Source: Clostridia bacterium
Lineage (GTDB): Bacteria > Bacillota > Clostridia > Saccharofermentanales > Saccharofermentanaceae
Direction of reading: 5' to 3'
Length of the DNA: 64,000 nt
Assembly: GCA_024403775.1 (NCBI GenBank)
Contig: JAKSRE010000008.1
Coordinates: 22,096 to 86,095 of the forward strand
Below are positions 55,296-64,000 of this stretch, piece after piece. A program made the translations under genes and the position numbers. The notes under the pieces were generated by a model. It saw only the letters and a program-made list of their open reading frames with translations, was not told the origin of the DNA and made no database searches. The stretch's first letter is position 1. The number at the start of each line of letters is the position of its first letter.

Positions 55296-55754
55296 ATGCT
55301 TTGTACGAGATGCGGTTCAACAGAAGATAAAGTAATTGACACCAGAGTCGTTGATAATGGTAAGTCAATCAGAAGAAGACGAGAGTGCCTTGAATGTGGT
55401 AATCGTTTTACTACTGTTGAACGAATTGAAGGACTTCAGATGCGTGTTGTTAAAAAGGACGGCACACATCAGGACTTCAGTCGTGAGAAGTTAATGAATG
55501 GTCTTTTGTCAGCCTGTTCTAAGAGACCGGTTTCAAATGAGACGCTTGAGCAGATAGCTAATGATGTTGAGTCAGCTATTCAGGCTAAGCGTAATTTGGA
55601 ACTTACTACTGATGAAATAGGCGAAATGGTTATGGAACGCTTACGCGAGACAGATAAGGTTGCATATGTAAGATTTGCTTCTGTATACAGAGATTTTACA
55701 GATGTTACCCTGTTTACGAAGGAAGTAGAAAAGATTAATAGTGACGAGGAATGA
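55296..55754 (+). CDS. nrdR: transcriptional repressor NrdR
   Basis: Zinc ribbon CTRCGS..CLECGNRFTT plus an ATP-cone. Confidence 0.94.
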   Translation: MLCTRCGSTEDKVIDTRVVDNGKSIRRRRECLECGNRFTTVERIEGLQMRVVKKDGTHQDFSREKLMNGLLSACSKRPVSNETLEQIANDVESAIQAKRNLELTTDEIGEMVMERLRETDKVAYVRFASVYRDFTDVTLFTKEVEKINSDEE

Positions 55755-55758
55755 GGCA

Positions 55759-56475
55759 ATGAAGAAAGTATTATTGGTTGATGACGATCCAGGAATAGTT
55801 GAGCTTGAGAAGCTCTACTTCGAGAGAGAAGGTTATACAGTATCTGTATGTATGGAAGGTGATAAGGCAGTAGCCACATTTGGTGTCTTTAAGCCTGACT
55901 TGGTTATCCTTGATATTATGCTTCCTGGAATGGACGGTAATGATATTATTAGAGAGATTCGTAAGACTTCAAATGTCCCAGTAATCTTTGTTACAGCCAA
56001 GACTGATACACTTGATAAGGTTGTAGGCCTTGAGCTTGGAGCTGATGACTATGTTCAGAAGCCTTTCGAGCCTAAGGAGCTTCTTGCAAGAGCTAAGGCA
56101 GTTTTGAGAAGAAGTGATTCTGCACCAGTACAGTCAGAACCAGCTCCATCATCAGATAGTTCCAATGATATTGTTGAATATCCTGGTCTTATTGTTGATA
56201 AGAAGAGATATGTTGTTACTGTAGATGGTAACGAGATTTATATGCCACCTAAGGAGTTGGAGCTTTTGTTCTTCTTGGCTTCTAATCCTAACCGTGTATT
56301 TAACAGAGAGCAGCTCCTTGAGAATGTTTGGGGATATGAGAACTTTGTTGAATCAAGAACAGTTGATGTTCATGTAAAGCGAATCAGAGAGAAGATTGAG
56401 ACACCTGAGCATATGAATCACTGGCTCATCAAAACAATCTGGAGCGTAGGCTATAAATTCGAGGCTAAGCAGTAA
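55759..56475 (+). CDS. OmpR-family response regulator
   Basis: Receiver domain (VLLVDDDP, DIMLPGMDG, K at VQKPF) and a winged-helix output domain (VWGY..RTVDVHVKRIREKI). Confidence 0.92.
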   Translation: MKKVLLVDDDPGIVELEKLYFEREGYTVSVCMEGDKAVATFGVFKPDLVILDIMLPGMDGNDIIREIRKTSNVPVIFVTAKTDTLDKVVGLELGADDYVQKPFEPKELLARAKAVLRRSDSAPVQSEPAPSSDSSNDIVEYPGLIVDKKRYVVTVDGNEIYMPPKELELLFFLASNPNRVFNREQLLENVWGYENFVESRTVDVHVKRIREKIETPEHMNHWLIKTIWSVGYKFEAKQ

Positions 56476-56516
56476 TTATATTATATTAGCGTCAGTAAGG
56501 AGTAGGATTTCCTGAT

Positions 56517-58010
56517 ATGTCTAGAGGTAGTCACAGAATATCAACTAGTCTTACAGTAATAGTTAATTTGTTTTTAGTATTAAGCACGGTAGTTGGTTTT
56601 GCCGTGCTTGCTTTTCTGTCTTATGAAAATTTGGTTAGCACATCAATAACACAGGCAACTGATTTGTCGGAGATTTATGCTAATAACGTAGCTTCAGATC
56701 TTGAGTTTCTTGCCAGAAGTACAAATGTTACCTCTGAAGATGGTGAAGAGTATCTTAATACTCTTATGACTATTATGGATTCCAAGAACAGAGCATCAGG
56801 ATGTAATTTGTTTCTCTTTGATGATTCTGGCGTAGTTATCCACCGATCAATATATTCTCCAAATTCCATAGACAGTGATTATGAATTTTTATCCAGTAAT
56901 CTGGTTTATAACGGTAATACTGTATTTTACGGTAATATCGTTGGCAACAGGATAGCAGCCTTTACTGCTAAGCCAATTGTAGATACTCCGTATCATATTG
57001 CTGCAGTTAAGAGTGTCAGCACAGACAGTATGATTGAGGAGTTTAAGAATGTAGTATTTTTCCCTTGGCTCATTGCCATCATTATGTCACTTGTTTTGTG
57101 CCTTACATTTATTCATTTGAGTCTTAAGCCAATAAGAGAGATGTCAGATGTAATAGGTAAAGTTGCTGAAGGTGATTATTCAGTACGTGTACATCGTAAG
57201 TATATAAGTGATAATGAGTTTGCTAATGATTCTTTGTCTTCAGACTTATCTGAGATGGCAAAGACTGTTAACTATATGATTGATGTCCTTGAGAATCAGG
57301 AGCATGATCGTAATATCTTTATATCTAGTGTTGCTCATGACATAAGAACTCCGCTTACTTCAATTAATGGTTTTATCACAGCCATGATTGATGGAATTAT
57401 TCCTGAAGAAATGTATGTTAAATACTTCGATATGATTAAAAATGAGGTTTTAAGAATTAGAACACTTGTTAACTCAATGACTGAGGCTTCTTCGTTATCA
57501 CATGTAGATCCTTCAGCAATGGAAGTATTTAGCTTTAGAGATATGGTTAATGATATTGTGGCAGGATTAGAGCCACAGCTTAATCAGAAGTATATTGTTC
57601 TGGTTAAGGAGTTTGCAGATACAGATTCACTTGATTGTTTTGGAGATGCTCAGCTTCTCTCAAGAGTTCTATATAACATCATAAGTAATGCCATTAAGTT
57701 TACTCCAAGTGGCGGAAAGATTAAGGTTATCGCTTATAGAGATGCCAAAGCAGGAAGATTAAGAATATCTGTTGACGACTCAGGTCCTGGTGTACCTGCC
57801 GATAAGAGAGCAAGAGTATTTGAGAGCTTTTATAAGCTTGATTCTTCACGTAAGCAGGAAGGTTTTGGTCTCGGTCTTTATATTTGTAAGCAGATTATTG
57901 TAGGACACGGCCAGAGTATCTATCTTGATGAGAGTACTTCACTCGGTGGAGCCAGCTTTAAATTCACATTCGCTCTTCCACGCAATGAGATTGAGAATGG
58001 AAATAAATGA
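56517..58010 (+). CDS. sensor histidine kinase (two TM, HAMP, HisKA, HATPase_c)
   Basis: H-box SSVAHDIRTPLTS, N-box NIISNAIKFTP, and G-boxes DDSGPGVP and GFGLGLYICK. Confidence 0.92.
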   Translation: MSRGSHRISTSLTVIVNLFLVLSTVVGFAVLAFLSYENLVSTSITQATDLSEIYANNVASDLEFLARSTNVTSEDGEEYLNTLMTIMDSKNRASGCNLFLFDDSGVVIHRSIYSPNSIDSDYEFLSSNLVYNGNTVFYGNIVGNRIAAFTAKPIVDTPYHIAAVKSVSTDSMIEEFKNVVFFPWLIAIIMSLVLCLTFIHLSLKPIREMSDVIGKVAEGDYSVRVHRKYISDNEFANDSLSSDLSEMAKTVNYMIDVLENQEHDRNIFISSVAHDIRTPLTSINGFITAMIDGIIPEEMYVKYFDMIKNEVLRIRTLVNSMTEASSLSHVDPSAMEVFSFRDMVNDIVAGLEPQLNQKYIVLVKEFADTDSLDCFGDAQLLSRVLYNIISNAIKFTPSGGKIKVIAYRDAKAGRLRISVDDSGPGVPADKRARVFESFYKLDSSRKQEGFGLGLYICKQIIVGHGQSIYLDESTSLGGASFKFTFALPRNEIENGNK

Positions 58011-58639
58011 GAAGTAAACTTAAAGTAAATGCTCAGAAAGTATGGGAAATTCTCGAAAATAATTTTGGAGATGCTCAGTGTAGCCTGATTAAGGATACGC
58101 CATATCGCCTTGCAATAAGAGGTATTTTGTCTGCTCAGTGTACAGATAAAAGAGTTAATGAGGAGACAGGAAAGCTCTTCAGAGATTTTCCAGATCCATC
58201 AGATATTTATAAACTCGATTATGAAGTATTAAGTAAATACATTGCTCCGTGTGGACTTACAAAAGCCAAGACCGAAGCAGTAATAGAATTCACCAGACGT
58301 TTTATAGAAGACTGGAATTGTGAGATTCCAAGAGACACGGACGAACTTATGAAGTGTAAGGGCGTTGGCCGTAAGATTGCAAATCTCATGGTAGGTGAGA
58401 TTTATGGTATCCAAAGAACAGTTGTTGATACTCATCTTAAGCGAGTAGCTTATCGTATTGGCCTGACAGATGAGACAAATCCTATAAAGGTTGAGATGGA
58501 TTTGGATAAGATTTTCGAAGAGAATCAGAGAATAAATCTTGGGCACAGAATGATTGAGCTTGGCAGAAGTTTTTGCCAGGCAAGAAAGCCGGACTGTGAT
58601 TCATGCCCGATGAATGAGATTTGTAAGAAACGTATATAG
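58007..58639 (+). CDS. nth: endonuclease III
   Basis: HhH-GPD motif (CKGVGRKIANLMV..VDTH) and FeS cluster loop CQARKPDCDSCPMNEIC. Confidence 0.92.
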   Translation: MRSKLKVNAQKVWEILENNFGDAQCSLIKDTPYRLAIRGILSAQCTDKRVNEETGKLFRDFPDPSDIYKLDYEVLSKYIAPCGLTKAKTEAVIEFTRRFIEDWNCEIPRDTDELMKCKGVGRKIANLMVGEIYGIQRTVVDTHLKRVAYRIGLTDETNPIKVEMDLDKIFEENQRINLGHRMIELGRSFCQARKPDCDSCPMNEICKKRI

Positions 58640-58733
58640 CAAGTGGCTTTTGTGTCTGTTTTCTATTGTCGACACTATGAAATTGTGATATATTAGCAAA
58701 AGAAAACAATTGTTTGTATTGGCGGTAGAATGA

Positions 58734-60959
58734 ATGGCAACAGTAAAGTTAGATAGTCCAGTAAGTTTACTTTATGGAATTGGACCTGAGGCTGAGCGTA
58801 AGCTTAATGGCCTCGGTATTTTTACTGTGTATGATTTGATTACTTACCTTCCATGGAGATATAACGACTGGTCGCAGATTACCCCGCTTGGCAACTATGA
58901 GAATAATAAAGAGATTTCTTTTGTTGGGATTCTTGCTACAGAGCCAAGACGCGCAGGATATAAAAGAACTTCCCCTGTAACATTCAGACTTACAGATGGC
59001 GGTGGTTCTATTGAGGCCGTGTTTTTTAACAGTCCTTATCTTATTAATCAGTACCATAGAGGTGACAAGTGCTTCTGCCATGGTGTGATTAACTATTTTA
59101 ATGGTAAATTTCAGCTTACTAATCCTGCTATCGAGAAGATTACTGAGACAACAGTTACCAATGTTAGATTAATAAGACCTGTTTATCATCTTACCAATGG
59201 TATTACTTCTAATCAGATTGCAAAGTGGGTTAAGACTGCTTTACAGCTCGTGTCAGACCAGCTTTTAAATGTTATTCCAAAGTCTGTTATAGATTCTGAG
59301 AATCTGCCTGGTGAGGCTGATGCATATAGAATGATTCATTTTCCGGATAATCTTTCCGAGGTCGAGAAGGGACTATTAAGACTTAAGTATGATGAACTAA
59401 TTCTTCTTGGCATAGGTATAAAGAGACTTAATGCAATTCATCGTGAGAATAGCGCCGAGAAGGTAATTGATATAAATAAGTTTGCAAGTGATCCTGAACT
59501 TACATCCAGATGGAATCTTATAAAGAAGAATCTTGGATTTGACTTAACAGGAGATCAGAAGAAAGCAATTAATGATATTCAAAGTGATCTTATGAGATCT
59601 ATTCCTATGAACAGACTGGTTCAGGGAGATGTTGGTTCAGGTAAGACTGCGGTAGCGCTTCTTGTAATGGCTATGACTTCTCTTATGGGTAAGCAGGCTG
59701 TTCTTCTTGCCCCAACTTCGGTACTTGCTTCACAGCATTATGAGAATGCACAAAAGCTTCTTAACGGAAGCGGCATAAATGCAGCACTTCTTCTTGGTAA
59801 GACACCTGCTTCAGCTAAACGTAAGATAAAAGAAGATATAAAAAACGGAACAGTATCTATTGTTATAGGTACGCATGCAGTGTTAACGGATGATGTTGAA
59901 TTTAAAGATTTGGCATTGGTTATTACGGATGAGCAGCACAGATTTGGTGTTCAGCAGCGTGAGAAATTACTTATGAAGGAAGACTCTTCAAACGGTAAGG
60001 CAACACGAAGTGTTCATAGTCTTGTTATGACAGCTACACCTATTCCTAGAACACTTGGGATGTGTGTATATGGTGATATGGATACTTCGATAATTAGAGA
60101 GAAGCCAGCCGGTCGTATGACAATAAAGACTGCTACTATTGATCAGCATGATGAGATGTCTATGATTTACTTTCTCAAAAATCATCTTAAAGATAATGAA
60201 CAGATTTATATCGTCTGTTCAAGAGTTGATAGCGATGATAAAAATGAGAAGGTTAAGTATGACGGCTATTCTGATAGTTCCAAGTATCAGATGGGTGGTT
60301 ACTATGAAGATGGATATCTGTATGAAGAGGAAGGAGATAATCCGTCTGATGAATATATTCCTCTTGGTGTTAAGCAGATGTATGAGAAACTTTCCAGTTA
60401 CGGAATAACCGATGAATATAAGACTGGAGTTCTTTATGGTGCTGTAAAGGAGAGCGAGAAGCTTGATACCATGAATGACTTCATTAATGGAGATACAAAG
60501 ATACTTATCTCGACAACTGTAATCGAGGTTGGTGTTAATAATCCGAATGCTACAGTTATGCTTATTATGGATTCAGACAGATTTGGTCTGTCTACACTTC
60601 ATCAGCTTAGAGGCCGTGTAGGAAGAGGAAATAAGCAATCCTACTGTGTTCTTGCCAATATGGATACAACAGGACAAGCACATGAGAGATTAAGCTTCAT
60701 GTGCCAGACTGATGATGGTTTTGAACTCGCTGAGAAAGATATGCAATTAAGAGGCCCTGGTGACTTCTTTGGAACAAAGCAGCATGGTATCCCAGAACTT
60801 CGTGCAGCAAACCTGTTTACTGATTCTGGCATTGCCCAGTCAGCGTGTGATGCGGTAAATGAACTTATTGATCAGAACACAGAGGAATCGGAGATTTTGT
60901 CACATAACATAAATGTGATGTTTAAATATCGATTCGGTGATAAAATGAATACGCTTTAA
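58734..60959 (+). CDS. recG: ATP-dependent DNA helicase RecG
   Basis: Wedge/OB N-terminus, Walker A GDVGSGKT, DEQHRFG, and motif VI QLRGRVGRG. There is an insertion of about 60 aa between the helicase lobes. Confidence 0.93.
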   Translation: MATVKLDSPVSLLYGIGPEAERKLNGLGIFTVYDLITYLPWRYNDWSQITPLGNYENNKEISFVGILATEPRRAGYKRTSPVTFRLTDGGGSIEAVFFNSPYLINQYHRGDKCFCHGVINYFNGKFQLTNPAIEKITETTVTNVRLIRPVYHLTNGITSNQIAKWVKTALQLVSDQLLNVIPKSVIDSENLPGEADAYRMIHFPDNLSEVEKGLLRLKYDELILLGIGIKRLNAIHRENSAEKVIDINKFASDPELTSRWNLIKKNLGFDLTGDQKKAINDIQSDLMRSIPMNRLVQGDVGSGKTAVALLVMAMTSLMGKQAVLLAPTSVLASQHYENAQKLLNGSGINAALLLGKTPASAKRKIKEDIKNGTVSIVIGTHAVLTDDVEFKDLALVITDEQHRFGVQQREKLLMKEDSSNGKATRSVHSLVMTATPIPRTLGMCVYGDMDTSIIREKPAGRMTIKTATIDQHDEMSMIYFLKNHLKDNEQIYIVCSRVDSDDKNEKVKYDGYSDSSKYQMGGYYEDGYLYEEEGDNPSDEYIPLGVKQMYEKLSSYGITDEYKTGVLYGAVKESEKLDTMNDFINGDTKILISTTVIEVGVNNPNATVMLIMDSDRFGLSTLHQLRGRVGRGNKQSYCVLANMDTTGQAHERLSFMCQTDDGFELAEKDMQLRGPGDFFGTKQHGIPELRAANLFTDSGIAQSACDAVNELIDQNTEESEILSHNINVMFKYRFGDKMNTL

Positions 60960-60979
60960 TACGGATTTTCGGAGGGGAT

Positions 60980-61591
60980 ATGCCTAGAGTAGTAAGCGGA
61001 AGATTTAGAGGAACCATACTTAATGCTCCTAAAGGAGACAAAACGCGTCCTACAACTGACAAGGTTAAGGAAGCTTTGTTCTCCATGATACAAGGAAGAC
61101 TTTACGATATTAGTTTCCTTGATTTGTTTTCTGGCTCTGGCCAGATTGGAATTGAAGCGATAAGTAGAGGCGCTGATAGTGCTGTGCTGGTTGATAAAGC
61201 TTCTGATGCCATAGCAATAATCAAGGGCAATCTCAACAAAGTTCACTATATAGAAGAACATAAAAACAAAGGCGTTTTTGTTCGTGATAATGGTGATGAC
61301 GATACAACGATAAGAGTAATGAAGGATTCAATCTCGCAGGCCTTAACCAAGCTTGGAGAAGAGGGAAAGAAGTTTGACATTATCTTTATGGATCCGCCAT
61401 ATAAAATTGCAGCGAATATGCTAGAGGAAGCAGCGGTGATAATTAATAAGTATGACCTTCTTAATGAGGATGGAATTCTCATTGTTGAACATGCGAATGA
61501 TACAGATTTAAACAAAGATGTAATAAATCTGAAATTTAATCGTTCTTGTAGTTATGGCTTGACAGTGATAACATTTTTTGGAAAGGTTTAA
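60980..61591 (+). CDS. rsmD: 16S rRNA (guanine966-N2)-methyltransferase
   Basis: RPTTDKVKEALF, LDLFSGSG and MDPPY motifs. Confidence 0.9.
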   Translation: MPRVVSGRFRGTILNAPKGDKTRPTTDKVKEALFSMIQGRLYDISFLDLFSGSGQIGIEAISRGADSAVLVDKASDAIAIIKGNLNKVHYIEEHKNKGVFVRDNGDDDTTIRVMKDSISQALTKLGEEGKKFDIIFMDPPYKIAANMLEEAAVIINKYDLLNEDGILIVEHANDTDLNKDVINLKFNRSCSYGLTVITFFGKV

Positions 61592-61603
61592 AAAAGTATA
61601 TTT

Positions 61604-62110
61604 TTGACAGGAGATAAGAAGTTGAGAGTGTTTTTATTTCCGGGAAGTTTTGACCCGTTCACTTCAGGACATCGTGACATAGCAAAACGTGCATCAAAGA
61701 TGTGCGATAAACTAGTTGTTGCGATTATGCATAATAATGCAAAAAAGCAGTTCTATACGGTTCAGGAACGTGTTGATATGGCTCGCAAATCTTTGGCAGG
61801 TTATAAGAATATTGAAGTAATTTCAAGTGATGGCTTGCTTGCTGATTTATACCGCGAACTTGGCTGCTCATCCGTTGTAAGAGGAATTCGTTCTGAGTCA
61901 GATTTCAGATATGAGACTGAGATGTATACAGCAAATAAGTTGCTCGAGAATTCATACGATGTAATATTATTGCCAACCAGAGCAGATCTCTCTGTTACAA
62001 GTTCCAGCATTGTAAAAGAAGTTGGACACTATGGCGGAGACATATCGAAAATGGTGCCAAGTGAGATACATGATTTTGTTGCAGAAACCCTTAAGAAAGG
62101 CAGGAATTAA
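61604..62110 (+). CDS. coaD: phosphopantetheine adenylyltransferase
   Basis: PGSFDPFTSGH (T/HxGH) and ISSSIVKE-like SSSIVKEV motifs. The true start may be TTG 61622 or GTG 61628. Confidence 0.92.
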   Translation: MTGDKKLRVFLFPGSFDPFTSGHRDIAKRASKMCDKLVVAIMHNNAKKQFYTVQERVDMARKSLAGYKNIEVISSDGLLADLYRELGCSSVVRGIRSESDFRYETEMYTANKLLENSYDVILLPTRADLSVTSSSIVKEVGHYGGDISKMVPSEIHDFVAETLKKGRN

Positions 62111-62115
62111 TAAAT

Positions 62116-62589
62116 ATGGACAATCAGAGATATAATCCAATCGCTCACATCGACGAGATTATTCAGCTTATCGAGAATGGTGGTACAATCCCATTTTCGA
62201 CTAAGGTTACAGTTGATCAGGAGGTAATTATTGGAGAACTTAAGTTCCTCCGCGACAGCCTTCCTAAGGAAATCGAAGAGGCAAACAAGATTGTTGCTGA
62301 AGGTACACATCTCATTGATGTAGCTCGTAAGAATGCTGCAAATATGGCTGACAAGGCTGATATCGCATATAAGAATAAGGTTAATGAGCATTCAATTACA
62401 AAGGGTGCTCAGGAAGAAGCAATTAGAATTCAGAATGAGGCTCAGGCTTTCTACGATGAGACCTGCCGTAATGCTGACCGCTATGTTAAGGAAAAGCTCG
62501 AAAAGGTTAATTCCTCAATTGCAAAATGCGCAGCTGAGATCTCTATGAATCTCAAGGAAGTTGAAGCAAGACTTAAGGACGATATGTAA
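62116..62589 (+). CDS. hypothetical coiled-coil protein
   Basis: 157 aa, helical and charged. Good spacing after coaD. No catalytic motif seen. Confidence 0.6.
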   Translation: MDNQRYNPIAHIDEIIQLIENGGTIPFSTKVTVDQEVIIGELKFLRDSLPKEIEEANKIVAEGTHLIDVARKNAANMADKADIAYKNKVNEHSITKGAQEEAIRIQNEAQAFYDETCRNADRYVKEKLEKVNSSIAKCAAEISMNLKEVEARLKDDM

Positions 62590-62620
62590 TTAAGTTATTT
62601 ATTAAGATTGGTTTTAATAA

Positions 62621-62658
62621 CTGTCTCAAGGTTATATGGCTTTGGGACAGTTTTTTTG
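62621..62658 (+). terminator. intrinsic terminator
   Basis: ctgtctcaa-N12-ttgggacag (one G-U pair) followed by ttttttt. Confidence 0.8.
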
Positions 62659-62671
62659 TTGATGGATGTTT

Positions 62672-62750
62672 TTCATGGTAGGATGCCGCGGTAGTTGGTA
62701 CACTCTACCGCGGATTAATGGTAAGACGTTACGGTAACCGTCACTTACAC
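62672..62750. repeat. one type-B unit plus one C' unit
   Basis: ttcatggtaggatgccgcggtagttggtacactctaccgcgg followed by attaatggtaagacgttacggtaaccgtcac. Confidence 0.9.
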
Positions 62751-62773
62751 ACTTATTTAATGAATAAGACGTA

Positions 62774-63148
62774 AAAGTCTATGTACATGGTCTAGGTCGC
62801 CTAGACCGGTAACCTAGAATTTAAGGCCAAAAATGCCAAAAGTCTATGTATGTGGTCTAGGTAGCCTAGACCGGTAACCTAGAATTTAAGGCCAAAAACG
62901 CCAAAAGTCTATGTACATGGTCTAGGTAGCCTAGACCAGTAACCTGGAATTTAAGGCCCAAAACGCCAAAAGTCTATGTATGCGGTCTAGGTAGCCTAGA
63001 CCAGTAACCTAGAATTTAAGGCCAAAAATGCCAAAAGTCTATGTACATGGTCTAGGTAGCCTAGACCAGTAACCTAGAATTCAAGGCCAAAAACGCCAAA
63101 AGTCTATGTACATGGTCTAGGTAGCCTAGACCAGTAACCTGGAATGTA
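62774..63148. repeat. tandem array of 6 type-A units (65-bp period)
   Basis: Unit starts at 62774, 62839, 62904, 62969, 63034 and 63099. Confidence 0.97.
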
Positions 63149-63153
63149 TGACT

Positions 63154-63200
63154 TTCACGCTACGATGTCGCGGTAGCCGCGACATCAAACCGCGGATTTC
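63154..63200. repeat. terminal B-like unit containing a perfect 10-bp-arm palindrome
   Basis: gatgtcgcgg-tag-ccgcgacatc at 63164-63186. The A-to-B junction cctggaatgtatgactttcacg matches the junction at the other loci. Confidence 0.85.
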
Positions 63201-63272
63201 ATATAGCTATGCCACTTTTTTCTATTCAAAAGATGTATAATTAGAATATATGAATTAATGAGAGGTTATTTT

Positions 63273-64000
63273 ATGCTTCTTGGTGCCAGAATTATAAATT
63301 ATGACATATTTGATGATGACATTATGGGTTGTCTCATGGAAGACTATCCTGATGGACTTCGCATGACAAGACTTACAGCTATGATTGGACGTAATCAGAC
63401 TGGTAAGACTTCATTTATTGACAGTTTGAATTTCGTAAAAGATACGGTCAGAAGAAATGTTACTGAGAGTTCAACTAATCATGGAAGACCAGGATTTTCA
63501 AAACTAGTAATTGATAACACAAATGAAGCAGTTTTTAAGCTGTATTTTAAACTTCCTTCAATTGATCCAGCGTATAAATATATTCTTACCCAGTATGAAT
63601 TAAGTGTAAAAGCCAATGCTTTTGGAAGTCCAGAGATTAGTTCTGAGAAGCTTTATATGCTTAGTAAAAATAGCGATGAGACTTATACCAAGACTTCCAT
63701 TATGGAGATAACAAATGGGGAAGGTTTTATCATTGGTAAATCTGGTAAAGAAGAAGTTGAGCTTGAGGATAAGGCAGTTACTGCGCTTGGAACCTTTGGT
63801 AAGATTACCAAATATTCTGTTATCTGCAGCACATACCGTGAGATTATGAGATGGTTTTTCTGCAGATTTTCGGCGGAGAATAAGAGTACATATTTTGCTG
63901 ATGGCAATGCGCCTGGAGCACATAAGCACCTTAACAGCGACGGAACCAATGTAGGTAATGTGCTTTTGTATCTTAAATCTCTTGATGAGAGAAAATATAA
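63273..64000 (+). CDS. AAA_21/ABC-like ATPase, 5' part only (runs off the window)
   Basis: My own translation from ATG 63273 is open to the window end. Walker A is GRNQTGKTS, and a late DGTNVGNVLLYL segment is typical of AAA_15/AAA_21 proteins as I recall them. It is absent from the ORF track because it has no stop. Confidence 0.7.
   Translation, partial: MLLGARIINYDIFDDDIMGCLMEDYPDGLRMTRLTAMIGRNQTGKTSFIDSLNFVKDTVRRNVTESSTNHGRPGFSKLVIDNTNEAVFKLYFKLPSIDPAYKYILTQYELSVKANAFGSPEISSEKLYMLSKNSDETYTKTSIMEITNGEGFIIGKSGKEEVELEDKAVTALGTFGKITKYSVICSTYREIMRWFFCRFSAENKSTYFADGNAPGAHKHLNSDGTNVGNVLLYLKSLDERKY

Noticed and set aside
63600-63949. Minus-strand ORFs of 109 and 88 aa near the window end.
   Set aside because: They are antisense to the open AAA ATPase reading frame, which has a Walker A motif and an RBS-spaced ATG.
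1-64000. I scanned the intergenic regions for tRNA, rRNA, tmRNA, T-box or other familiar riboswitch signatures.
   Set aside because: I recognised none by eye. This is not a substitute for tRNAscan-SE or Infernal, which should be run.

Overview
This 64-kb chromosomal window comes from a low-GC Firmicute. Gene order and codon usage look Clostridia/Lachnospiraceae-like, but that taxon call is an inference. I call about 62 protein genes, and all but three are on the + strand. I found no rRNA, tRNA, transposase, integrase or cas genes. Most of the window is conserved housekeeping. The blocks are: glmM plus a stand-alone GlmU-C-like acetyltransferase; an acyl-CoA synthetase; a DeoR / esterase-like / AraC sugar patch; the folate operon folE-folP-folBK; tmk-holB-ricT-ferredoxin-yabB-like methyltransferase-rsmI; a PAS-GGDEF(degenerate)-EAL protein; rimP-nusA-ylxR-ylxQ-infB-rbfA-nrnA-truB-ribF; lgt; rodA; the dcw cluster mraZ-rsmH-ftsL-PBP-murE-murF-ftsW-murG-ftsQ-ftsZ, which here lacks mraY, murD and ftsA; nrdR; an OmpR/HK two-component pair; nth; and recG-rsmD-coaD. 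A small AT-rich accessory patch at about 24.9-29.0 kb holds a solitary HipA-like kinase, MerR-like and ArsR-like regulators, mscL and a mini P-loop protein. The most unusual content is non-coding. A family of exactly 65-bp-period tandem hairpin repeats (modules A, B and C) occupies three long ORF-free intergenic gaps at 7.4-8.3 kb, 41.0-41.6 kb and 62.7-63.2 kb. Each locus sits just downstream of an intrinsic terminator, the A-to-B junctions are conserved, and two loci have strongly G-depleted, C-rich tails. The repeats are not CRISPR, because the units have no variable spacers, and I cannot match them to any repeat or ncRNA family I know. Other non-coding oddities are: a roughly 330-nt mraZ leader with a heptanucleotide tandem repeat and a terminator-like hairpin; a symmetric four-site 8-mer module between two convergent terminators; a leader terminator in front of rimP-nusA; and an extremely Asn-rich protein upstream of tmk. 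The window ends inside an AAA_21-like ATPase gene that may begin an accessory or defence locus.
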